15,019 bases of DNA from Nitrospinota bacterium (GTDB taxonomy: Bacteria; UBA8248): NCBI GenBank assembly GCA_046581755.1, contig JAYGFR010000163.1:1-15019 (forward strand), given 5' to 3'. A program made the translations under genes and the position numbers. This document shows positions 1 through 7,323 of this stretch, piece after piece. A model generated the notes under the pieces. That model worked only from the letters and a program-made list of their open reading frames with translations. It did no database searches and was not told the DNA's origin. The number at the start of each line of letters is the position of its first letter. The first letter of the stretch is position 1.

Positions 1-18
1 CGTGTGCTCTTCCGATCT
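1..18 (+). other. Illumina TruSeq adapter remnant (sequencing artefact)
   Basis: CGTGTGCTCTTCCGATCT is the exact 3' end of the Illumina read-2 primer/adapter GTGACTGGAGTTCAGACGTGTGCTCTTCCGATCT, and it sits at the very start of the window. Confidence 0.95.
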
Positions 19-268
19 GCTCAGATCGGGAACCTTAAGCGATCGATGAAGGCTGCCCACATCTTCGGCTCGAATATCGTCCGAGTTCTCTATCCCTTCT
101 TCCTTCGTGGTGGTGACCTGCCCCCGTTAGTTGTACCATTCGCTGTAACGGAAATTTTTCGAAGCAACCCCCAAGAGATTGCCCTGGCACGCGTTCCTGG
201 GAGAGCATCCGAAGATACGGCCCTCAGAACAATTTCTAGCGCATCAATCCATTTTCGAGGATACCCCC

Positions 269-1402
269 ATGCAGCCCCCCTACGACAACGCGAAGCTCAA
301 CCGCCTCATGGACGAGGCGGGGATCGACCTTATCCTGGCCCACACGCCGCACAACATCCGCTACCTGAGCGGCGGCTATTACTTCCACTTCCGCGAGCGC
401 ATTGCCGCCATCGGCCCGAGCCAGTACCTCCCCTTCGTCGGCATCCCGAAGGACGACTCGACGCGCGCCTTCCAGGTCGCCTGGCTCGTCGAGGCTTCCC
501 CGCGCAACGAGATCGACGTCTGGATACCCGACGTCATTCATACGAAAGCGCGCGGCACCGTGGGTGCCGCCCAGACGGCGGCCGAGGCCATCCGCATCCG
601 GGGACTCACAAAGGCCACCATCGGTATCGAGCGAGCCTTCATGCCGGTCGACGCCATGGACGCGCTGCGCGAGGAACTGCCCGACGCGCACTTCGTCGAA
701 TCGTTCGGCATCCTCGAAGAACTCCGGGTCATCAAGCGCCCCGACGAACTCGAAATCCTCTGTCAAGTGGGCCAATCCGCCGCCGAAGCCATTCAAGAGG
801 GCTTCCGCCTGGGAGCGACCGACGCCACGACGGAGAAAATCGCGCGCACCGTCGAAGGGGGAATGGTCCAGCGCGGAATTCACTTTCACTACGTATTTAC
901 CGCCGCGGGGCCCGGCATGCGACGCGAGCCCTCCGAGAAAAAATGGGAACGGGGTGAAATCCTCCACATCGACTCGGGCGGCTCCCAAGCGGGCTATATG
1001 GCCGACATCTGCCGCATGGGCTCGCGTGGAGAGCCCTCCCTGCTCGCGGACGAAATCTACAGAGCCTGCCTCCACATCGTGGACAAAACGCGCGCAGCCA
1101 TGAAGCCCGGCGTCGACTGCGGGACCGTCTATCGGATCGGCCAATCGGCCCTCCAGGAGACCGGCCACGCCGAGAACGGATTTTTCCTCGTCCACGGCAT
1201 CGGCATGGTTCAGCAGGAGCTTCCCCGCTTCAGCCCGGATGAGGAGCGCCCGCTCGAAGCGGGCATGATCGTTTCGGTCGAAAACGACATCCGCCACCCC
1301 GAGGTGGGCTTCGTGAAGATCGAGGACACAGTCGCCATCACCGAAGAGGGTTGCGAGGGTCTGAGCGATTTGGGACGCGACACCTGGGCTATCGTCGATT
1401 AG
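269..1402 (+). CDS. M24 family (Xaa-Pro peptidase/creatinase-like) hydrolase
   Basis: Creatinase_N-like N-terminus (LNRLMDEAGIDLIL..HNIRYLSG), IKRPDELE linker, and pita-bread metal ligands in HIDSGG..GYMADICR, HGIG, SVEND and KIEDTV. Start placed at ATG 269 behind GAGGA (257-261) rather than the TTG at 179. Confidence 0.9.
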   Translation: MQPPYDNAKLNRLMDEAGIDLILAHTPHNIRYLSGGYYFHFRERIAAIGPSQYLPFVGIPKDDSTRAFQVAWLVEASPRNEIDVWIPDVIHTKARGTVGAAQTAAEAIRIRGLTKATIGIERAFMPVDAMDALREELPDAHFVESFGILEELRVIKRPDELEILCQVGQSAAEAIQEGFRLGATDATTEKIARTVEGGMVQRGIHFHYVFTAAGPGMRREPSEKKWERGEILHIDSGGSQAGYMADICRMGSRGEPSLLADEIYRACLHIVDKTRAAMKPGVDCGTVYRIGQSALQETGHAENGFFLVHGIGMVQQELPRFSPDEERPLEAGMIVSVENDIRHPEVGFVKIEDTVAITEEGCEGLSDLGRDTWAIVD

Positions 1403-1405
1403 TTC

Positions 1406-1546
1406 CTGTGCTCCGCATTAATTGGATCGTATGTAGATTGGATAGGTTAAGAAGTTGGCTTGGAGGTGACATGCTACGGCGCCAATCAATTATTCGACCT
1501 CGATGATTCGTTCATTTTACTGGGGTTCTAATTTTTCGGAGCACAC
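1406..1546. mobile_element. MITE-like element, family A, copy 1 (141 bp)
   Basis: Left end CTGTGCTCCGCATTAATTGGATC; right end reverse-complements to GTGTGCTCCGAAAAATTAGAAC (imperfect inverted repeats). AT-rich, no ORF. Homologous to 6863-7080 at both ends and internally. Confidence 0.7.
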
Positions 1547-1598
1547 CCTGTACATGGCGAATTACTAATTTGGCCGAAAGAGAAGCCTACGTAGGGAT

Positions 1599-1745
1599 TT
1601 CCCTGTTAATTCCCTGTTATTCCCTGTTCGGTATTAGTGAGGATATCCCTGAAACCCTTTAATGGCGGTTGAATCCAGGGGTTTTTGGCGATTTTGGGCC
1701 CCAAAAACGAAAATAATCCCTGGATTTTCCCTGTTAAACAGGGAA
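1599..1745. repeat. TTCCCTGTT repeat/palindrome module
   Basis: TTCCCTGTT at 1599-1607, 1610-1618, 1620-1628 and 1727-1735. The last copy forms the palindrome TTCCCTGTT-A-AACAGGGAA (1727-1745). Nested inverted repeats AATCCAGGG/CCCTGGATT (1672-1680/1718-1726) and GTTTTTGG/CCAAAAAC (1681-1688/1701-1708). Confidence 0.9.
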
Positions 1746-1751
1746 TTGGGG

Positions 1752-1786
1752 GGAGACGGGTTCGCTCCGGACTGCGTCCACCACCA
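1752..1786 (+). other. tRNA/tmRNA-like 3' fragment (possible attachment-site remnant)
   Basis: GGAGACGGGTTCGCTCCGGACTGCGTCCACCACCA has a GGTTCG T-loop-like motif and ends in CCACCA. No D arm or anticodon arm upstream. A terminator-like hairpin follows immediately. Confidence 0.5.
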
Positions 1787-1794
1787 GACTTTTC

Positions 1795-1828
1795 AAAAGG
1801 TTCCGGGAATTTCTCGGGACTCTTTTTT
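1795..1828 (+). terminator. Rho-independent terminator-like hairpin
   Basis: AAAA-GGTTCCGGGA-attt-CTCGGGACT-CTTTTTT: a stem with G-U pairs followed by a T tract. Confidence 0.55.
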
Positions 1829-2076
1829 GTGCCTGGAATCTTAGCGGCCCCTATGTGGACCTGAAACCGAATCCGGCCGCCCCATGTGAAAAAGCTCCTC
1901 CTCAAACTCCCTCAAACCCCGTTCATTTTTCGCACCGGGCAAACCCCGCCCCCCTTGCCGGTGCATTCGCAATCAACAACCAGCGCGATGAATATAGGGG
2001 CGAGGAGAGAAATGGGCACTACCGAATATGCGCGGAGATTCGGGGGGTTCTGATTTGAACGGCATATCAAGCTCTC

Positions 2077-2265
2077 CCGGCGGGGGCCTGGGATGTGCGG
2101 GCTGGCGGCCCTCTTGCCCTCGACTCAAACCTGGAGCGCGGACCCGCCGGTTTCATCCCGTGATGGATCTCAGCGGGGGTCTGCCCGCGAAGAGTTGAGA
2201 GCGGTCTGTGGCGGCTGTACCAATCCGAGAAGAGTGCCAGCTCACGGCGGAATGCCTCTTCCCGG
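2077..2265 (+). ncRNA. Structured rod-like ncRNA candidate, 6S RNA-like
   Basis: Nested pairings: CCGG 2077-80/2262-65; GGGGGC 2082-87/GCCTCT 2254-59; GGGCTGGC 2099-2106/GCCAGCTC 2236-43; CTCTT 2111-15/AAGAG 2230-34; CTCG 2119-22/CGAG 2226-29; CTCAA 2124-28/TTGAG 2195-99; GCGGACCC 2138-45/GGGTCTGC 2177-84; CATC 2154-57/GATG 2162-65. The 5' CCTGGGATGTGCG and 3' ACGGCGG resemble conserved 6S terminal motifs. Length is about 190 nt. Confidence 0.5.
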
Positions 2266-2519
2266 ATTGGCGCTCATTCCGCGCCGCCAGCCGCACACGG
2301 CGGCGGATGTGGCCAGCAGCCATCCCGCGGGCATTTTGGCCTCCGAAAAGATTTTTGCTACCGGATCCATGAGGCTAGCGTAAATGCCGGATATTCAATA
2401 AATTCAGGCCGGACGACCTCACCATAAATTCGCCGGACCAGGACAGCATACACAGGCAATCATGCCGAAAGTTTTCCAAATTCATGCAATTCGCCATGGA
2501 CAGGCTGTGGGTATTCCGT

Positions 2520-3629
2520 TTAGGCCCGAATGATTGCGGATACGACGCCGCCCCCGACCGGTCCTTGATGAAACACCAAGCCCGCGGATACGTAGACGGC
2601 CGGATCCTGAACAACGGATGCAATGACGGCGTTCGCCACCGCGCGCACGGGACGGGTACCGAGGACGGAATCCGTGAGCAAGGTCGTCCGCTTCTCGAGG
2701 AGGAGGCCGTCCCACGGCGCTCCGGCCTTCGCGAGCACATGCACTACCCGGTCCAAATCCGCCTGACTCGGCAGCCCATCGAACTGGAGGCCCGCATTTT
2801 TGAGGGCTTGACGGACGCCGTCCGCGTCGATCAGATTCCGAAGCAGGGCGCGTCCAATTTTGTATTTACTCACGGAATTTGCCGCGTTTCCAATGACGAT
2901 GACCTCGGAACGCATGAGCTCGACGCCAGCCGAGCAAGACACCATCTCCGAATATAAATCCCCCCGGGAACACACATCCTCGGGCTTCAAATCGTCCCGG
3001 TCGATTTCACCTAGTCCGACCGCCGCGCCGAGCGCGGAGCATCCGTTCGAAAAGCTCATCGAACGCGTGGTGTCGGTTGAAACCACTTTTTTCCCGCGCG
3101 AAGCCGCATCGTTGATTCGGTCCGAAGTGAGAAGAGGACATTTCACCTGAACGTATCCCACATCATCGAGCGATTCCACGCCCGTTTCTTTGAGGGCGGT
3201 TCCGGCGGCCTCAGCGACAAGATCGATATGTGCCATGGTGCCGATCTCTTCGGGCAAAAGATCGCGCGTGAACCCGAGCCCGATGGTGAGGCGTTTCTCT
3301 CCGGGGCTGGGAGTACCGTCAGGCACTTCTTTTTTGGTGAAGACCACCGCATGAGGGCTCATCACGCCCTCGCAGCCACCCGACATCACCATCGCGCACC
3401 GGGCCTGGACTTCCTCCCGGCTGATGGAGAGGGATTCCATCAAGTAGTCTTCGAACGCGTGGAGCGCATAAGGCCGCGAGAAGTCGTTCACCCGCCCGTT
3501 CCCTTCGGTTTTGGAAATGATGGCTTGGATGTCACCGGCGGCTATCGTTCCATTGTTGACCGCTTCCGCTAGCCCGGAGACATCTTCCGGACCCGCCATC
3601 TGAAATTTTACAATCTCCACATCGATCAT
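2520..3629 (-). CDS. Ring-opening cyclic amide hydrolase, cyanuric acid hydrolase (AtzD/TrzD)/barbiturase family (Toblerone fold)
   Basis: Family motifs KTEGNG.VNDFSR, VMSGGCEGVMSPH, YVQVKCPLLT, SCSAGVEL and VYVS....HQGP.GGG. 369 aa, with a GGAGG RBS upstream. Confidence 0.95.
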   Translation of the reverse strand: MIDVEIVKFQMAGPEDVSGLAEAVNNGTIAAGDIQAIISKTEGNGRVNDFSRPYALHAFEDYLMESLSISREEVQARCAMVMSGGCEGVMSPHAVVFTKKEVPDGTPSPGEKRLTIGLGFTRDLLPEEIGTMAHIDLVAEAAGTALKETGVESLDDVGYVQVKCPLLTSDRINDAASRGKKVVSTDTTRSMSFSNGCSALGAAVGLGEIDRDDLKPEDVCSRGDLYSEMVSCSAGVELMRSEVIVIGNAANSVSKYKIGRALLRNLIDADGVRQALKNAGLQFDGLPSQADLDRVVHVLAKAGAPWDGLLLEKRTTLLTDSVLGTRPVRAVANAVIASVVQDPAVYVSAGLVFHQGPVGGGVVSAIIRA

Positions 3630-3676
3630 GGATTTATTCCTCCAAGTCTCTTTTCATGACTCCAATAAAAGCACGT

Positions 3677-5083
3677 TTATGATCCCGGCATCTGCAGGCC
3701 GGCCCGTCCGGCGACAGCCGTGGATGCGGTCTGTGCTCTTTCCAGTACCTGTTTTTCTTCTTTGGGACTGAGCCACGTCAGCTTCCCATCTTCCATAAGG
3801 GGTTCTCCGTCCACCCAGACCCACTGCACCTCGGAGCCTTGCGATTGGTAAACGAGGCCGGAGGGCAGGTGATGCAGCGGGCGGAGATGGGGGCGGTCCA
3901 GATCGAACAGGATCAAGTCCGCACGCTTGCCGGGCTCGATGACGCCGATCTCGTCATCCATTCCAAGCGCCGCCGCTCCGTTCCGGGTTGCCATGTCGAG
4001 CGCCTGCTGAGCGCTCATGGCGGCCGGATCCGCGTTCACCCCCTTATGAAGAAGACAAGCGAGGCGCATCTCCCAGAACATGTTCGCCATATCGTTGCAG
4101 TTGGCGTTGTCCGTCCCCAGTGCGACTGGAACCCCAGCCATCATCATCCGGGGAACGGGAGCGATTCCGGAGCCGAGATAGAGATTGCTGGAAGGGAGGT
4201 GGACCACCCGGGTGCCGGATTCACGCAAAAGACGGATGTCTTCATCGCCGAGGTGGATGCAGTGCGCTGCGACGAGATCCGGCGAGAGCAGCCCCCAGGC
4301 CGCCAGGTGCTGTACGACAGGCAGACCTCCTACCGTGGATTCCATCGGGTCCTCCGAGACATGGGTGGATACCCGGAGATTCCGCTCCGACGCCCATCCG
4401 GACACCCGCCGGAAAGTTTCCCCTTTCACATAAACGGGGATGTTCGGGCCGGGCCAGATGTGAATCCGTCCGTTCCGCTCTCCGTGATATTTTTCGAAGA
4501 GAAACGTCATCTCCGAAAGAAACGAATCCCCGTCTTTGAGATGAGAAGGAAAATCCCGCGGCCAGGCCGCCGTGAGGGAGCCGGCACGTTCGGCCAGTTT
4601 TCCGGTTGGACCCACTTCGTTGAAGCACAAGACGAAGACGCTTCTCATTCCGCTTTCGATTAGAGCTCCCAGCATGGCCTCCGAAAGCGGACGCTCCACC
4701 CGTTCGTTGGTCACCACGGTGGTGGTGCCCGACCGAATCGCCTCGATGGTGAAGAGCTTGGTCGCCACTGCGGCGTCATCCGGGGTGTAGAAGGCCTGGC
4801 CCGGCGCCATCACATTCAGCCGCCAGTCCATGAGGCGTCGGTCGGCGCTCAGGCCCCCGCGCAGGAGAATGCACATGATGTGACTGTGGGCGTTCACCAG
4901 GCCCGGCAACAGCGCCATCCCCTCGGCATCGATGATCTCGGCGCCACTCTCTTGGACGTCCGCGCGGTCATCCACCCGAGCGATACGGGCATCCTCGATG
5001 AGGACCGATCCCCGCTTGTACACGTCCCGGGCATCGTTCTGCGTGAGGATGTGTGCGTTACGGATGAGGGTTCTGGTCGCCAT
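3677..5083 (-). CDS. Metal-dependent amidohydrolase, TrzA/TriA/AtzA (s-triazine hydrolase) subfamily
   Basis: Metal ligands in NAHSH, THVSED, AAHCIH and GTDN. Subfamily-type segments ILLRGG.S.DR.L.DW..NV..PG, TTVV.NE.V, GRI.IWP.P.IP, HVSEDP.E, GTD.ANCND and a C-terminal L.WL.P.EEK match TrzA/AtzA as recalled. GGAG RBS upstream. Confidence 0.9.
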   Translation of the reverse strand: MATRTLIRNAHILTQNDARDVYKRGSVLIEDARIARVDDRADVQESGAEIIDAEGMALLPGLVNAHSHIMCILLRGGLSADRRLMDWRLNVMAPGQAFYTPDDAAVATKLFTIEAIRSGTTTVVTNERVERPLSEAMLGALIESGMRSVFVLCFNEVGPTGKLAERAGSLTAAWPRDFPSHLKDGDSFLSEMTFLFEKYHGERNGRIHIWPGPNIPVYVKGETFRRVSGWASERNLRVSTHVSEDPMESTVGGLPVVQHLAAWGLLSPDLVAAHCIHLGDEDIRLLRESGTRVVHLPSSNLYLGSGIAPVPRMMMAGVPVALGTDNANCNDMANMFWEMRLACLLHKGVNADPAAMSAQQALDMATRNGAAALGMDDEIGVIEPGKRADLILFDLDRPHLRPLHHLPSGLVYQSQGSEVQWVWVDGEPLMEDGKLTWLSPKEEKQVLERAQTASTAVAGRAGLQMPGS

Positions 5084-5115
5084 TTGGACTATTCTCCGGA
5101 GATGAGATCAAATGC

Positions 5116-5517
5116 TCAAATTTCGATTTCTTCGACCAATTCGGTGTGGCCGTAATCCTCTTTTCCGATGTGCGGAAGGAAAAAACTGATCTGTTTGGAG
5201 TCGCGCTCCCCCTTGTTCGCAACGCTGTGCACGATACCCGCCGGGACGACGAGGGAGTCTCCCGGATGGCAGATTGTTCTCTCTTCTCCCATGATGACGG
5301 ATACCTCTTCTTCCAGGAAATGGATGATTTCGGCGACATCATGATAGTGCGGGAGTACGGCTCCTCCCGGCTCGATTTTCTCGATGAGAACTTTCCAAAT
5401 GCGCAAGCCGATTTTTTCCCATTCCTCTTTCGATAGAATCTCCTTGTGAAAGAGACCCGGATGACGGGGCATCGGTCCCCATTCGAGGTCGTCCCATCTG
5501 AGCAACGTTGGCTTCAT
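5116..5517 (-). CDS. Cupin_2 domain protein (metal-binding)
   Basis: IEPGGAVLPHYHDVAEII...PGDSLVVPAGIVHSVAN contains the cupin motifs HxHxxxE and PxGxxH. Start at ATG 5517 behind GAAGGAGG (133 aa); the longer listed ORF overlaps the M20 gene. Confidence 0.9.
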   Translation of the reverse strand: MKPTLLRWDDLEWGPMPRHPGLFHKEILSKEEWEKIGLRIWKVLIEKIEPGGAVLPHYHDVAEIIHFLEEEVSVIMGEERTICHPGDSLVVPAGIVHSVANKGERDSKQISFFLPHIGKEDYGHTELVEEIEI

Positions 5518-5536
5518 GTCGATAATGCGCCCTCCT

Positions 5537-6715
5537 TCATTGGAGCACCGGCAACCCGAGTACCTTGGCCCCCACCTTCGTGAGGATAACTGCTGTGTCC
5601 CGGATGGCATCAACGCCCATCCACTCGTCCACCGCGTGCGCGCAATTCGTCTCCCCCAAACCCCACACGATTCCGTCGTAGTTTTGAAGCCCCGGTCCGA
5701 GCACAGAAAAATCGGTGAAGGCTTCGTGGCCGTCCTCTCCGCCCCTTTCCAAGGGATTTCCGGTCACATCTTGATAGGTGTCCATTAGGGCGGAGATTAA
5801 AGGAGAATTCTCGTTTGTCTGGTACGGCTCGCGTTCAACACTGAGGGCCTCGATTGTCACCGAGGTACCCGGAACCAGCGCGCACGCACCCTCCGCCGCC
5901 TGGCGGATACGTTCCTTCAGGTCATCGCACGAAAGAGGCGGCACGATTCGGATGTCCATCTCGGCCCGGCAGCTCGGAGGAACCACGTTGGTCTGAAGGC
6001 CTCCCTCCACACGTCCAATTGTAAGCTGGGGGCGCCCCAGTACTGGATGTTCGGTATCGAGATCCACGATGGTAGCCTTTACAGCCCGAATAACCTCCGC
6101 CATGGCGTGATTCGCATCCGCTCCGAGCCATGGCTTTCCCGCATGTGCCATCTTGCCGCTGGTCACTACCTCAAGCCAGAAGGCACCAACATGAGCCGCT
6201 CGGAGCCGCCCTCCCGTGGGCTCCGGGACCACGATCAACGCATGGGGAGGAAGTTTCTTTTCTTTCACCAAGGCCTTCGCCCCGAGCATGGACTTTCCTT
6301 CCTCGTCCATAGTCGTCACGACGAACAAATCTCCCTGGAGAGAGTCTCGATGTTCTGCAAGTTGAGCGGCGGCCGTCATGGCGGCAGCGAGGCCCCCTTT
6401 CATATCGGTGGATCCGCGCCCATAGAGGCGCCCTTCGTGAATTTCCCCCGCTAGTGGGGGGTGACTCCAGCCGTCCCCGGCGGGAACCGTGTCGAGGTGG
6501 GCCAAAAAGACGAGTGGCCGGTGACTTCCATTCCCCGTCATTTTGGCAATGAGGTTTGCCCGGCCCGAGGCGACAGTCTGGACCTCGACCTCAAAATCCC
6601 GTTCGCGGAGCCAGCCTGCGCAAAATCGGGCACACTCTTCCTCCTGCGGTCCGGGATTTTGTGAATCGATCCGAACAAGTTTTTTCGTTAAATCGACAGG
6701 GTCGATAACAGGCAT
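5537..6715 (-). CDS. M20 family metallo-hydrolase (ArgE/DapE-like deacylase)
   Basis: Motifs AHLDTVP, LYGRGSTDMKGG, DEE, GKMAHAG, GG..TNVVP, D.R.VP and AHAVDE. Start taken at MPVIDPVDL (ATG 6715); the start is uncertain. Confidence 0.92.
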   Translation of the reverse strand: MPVIDPVDLTKKLVRIDSQNPGPQEEECARFCAGWLRERDFEVEVQTVASGRANLIAKMTGNGSHRPLVFLAHLDTVPAGDGWSHPPLAGEIHEGRLYGRGSTDMKGGLAAAMTAAAQLAEHRDSLQGDLFVVTTMDEEGKSMLGAKALVKEKKLPPHALIVVPEPTGGRLRAAHVGAFWLEVVTSGKMAHAGKPWLGADANHAMAEVIRAVKATIVDLDTEHPVLGRPQLTIGRVEGGLQTNVVPPSCRAEMDIRIVPPLSCDDLKERIRQAAEGACALVPGTSVTIEALSVEREPYQTNENSPLISALMDTYQDVTGNPLERGGEDGHEAFTDFSVLGPGLQNYDGIVWGLGETNCAHAVDEWMGVDAIRDTAVILTKVGAKVLGLPVLQ

Positions 6716-6862
6716 GGCTTTTCTCAACCAGTCCGAGTCAATATTTTGAAGAGAAACTCTCGAAATTATGCGGATACCGCCGCTCATTCCTGGATTCCGC
6801 ATTATCGGTCCGCGATTCGGCCATAATTTTCAAATGAGGTCCGTCAAAACTAGCAGAAATCG

Positions 6863-7080
6863 CTGTGCTCCGCAATAATTAGGTCTTCTATAAATTTATC
6901 AGTTTTAAAATCTGAAAAAAATCCCATTCAAACAGGAATTTAAGACTCGACCGTGAATTTGGACAGCACGCAATTATCGTATTGGCTATAGGCATGACGC
7001 AAATCATGCCACGACGAGACCCGATTAATTGACCTCGCAAATCATTCATTTTATGAGGGATCTAAATTTGCGAAGCGCAG
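6863..7080. mobile_element. MITE-like element, family A, copy 2 (218 bp)
   Basis: Left end CTGTGCTCCGCAATAATTAGGTC is 20/23 identical to 1406-1428. Right end reverse-complements to CTGCGCTTCGCAAATTTAGATC. The internal GACCTCG..TTCATTTTA..GGG.TCTAA block is shared with copy 1. Confidence 0.7.
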
Positions 7081-7323
7081 GAGTTCTATGATGGGATCCG
7101 GGGAGATATTTTTACACAAAAGAGGATTTTAATGCGAAATTCTCTTATGCGGCATGGAGCGATTATGGAGGGGCAGATCAGTGGCCCAAAGCCTCTCCCT
7201 TCTTCTTAGCCCCCTCCTTTGCTCTGGCGGATCCCATCATGTCTTAGACTCACAACAATGGATGACATAACTATCGGAGCAGGCCATTATCACTAATTTC
7301 CCTTCTCGACGGGATGGTTCTCA

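Noticed and set aside
19..90. Peptide AQIGNLKRSMKAAHIFGSNIVRV, resembling a sugar-phosphate isomerase TIM-barrel fragment
   Set aside because: Only ~23 aa next to the adapter, and the similarity does not continue; too little to call a gene or pseudogene.
185..200. Sigma-54-like TGGCAC upstream of the M24 gene (also TGGCAAG near 8283)
   Set aside because: The -12 TGC element is missing at the required GG-N10-GC spacing in both cases.
4..957. 317-aa + strand ORF
   Set aside because: It starts inside the adapter, is an Arg/His/Pro-rich alternate frame of the M24 gene, and has no motifs.
1599..1745. CRISPR array
   Set aside because: The repeat unit is 9 bp, nearly tandem, with no regular spacers and no cas genes.
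1752..1786. Complete tRNA gene
   Set aside because: No acceptor-stem 5' strand, D arm or anticodon arm can be built upstream; only a 3'-like fragment is present.
1606..2383. Short ORFs 1606-1905, 1662-1844, 1855-2058 and 2093-2383
   Set aside because: They overlap repeat or structured non-coding features and show no protein-like motifs.
6991..7073. Operator-like palindrome GGCATGA-N6-TCATGCC, direct repeat CGCAAATCAT (6998, 7036) and inverted TCGCAAAT/ATTTGCGA
   Set aside because: The sequence patterns are real, but they lie inside MITE-like copy 2 and no cognate regulator is evident, so they are not called as operators.
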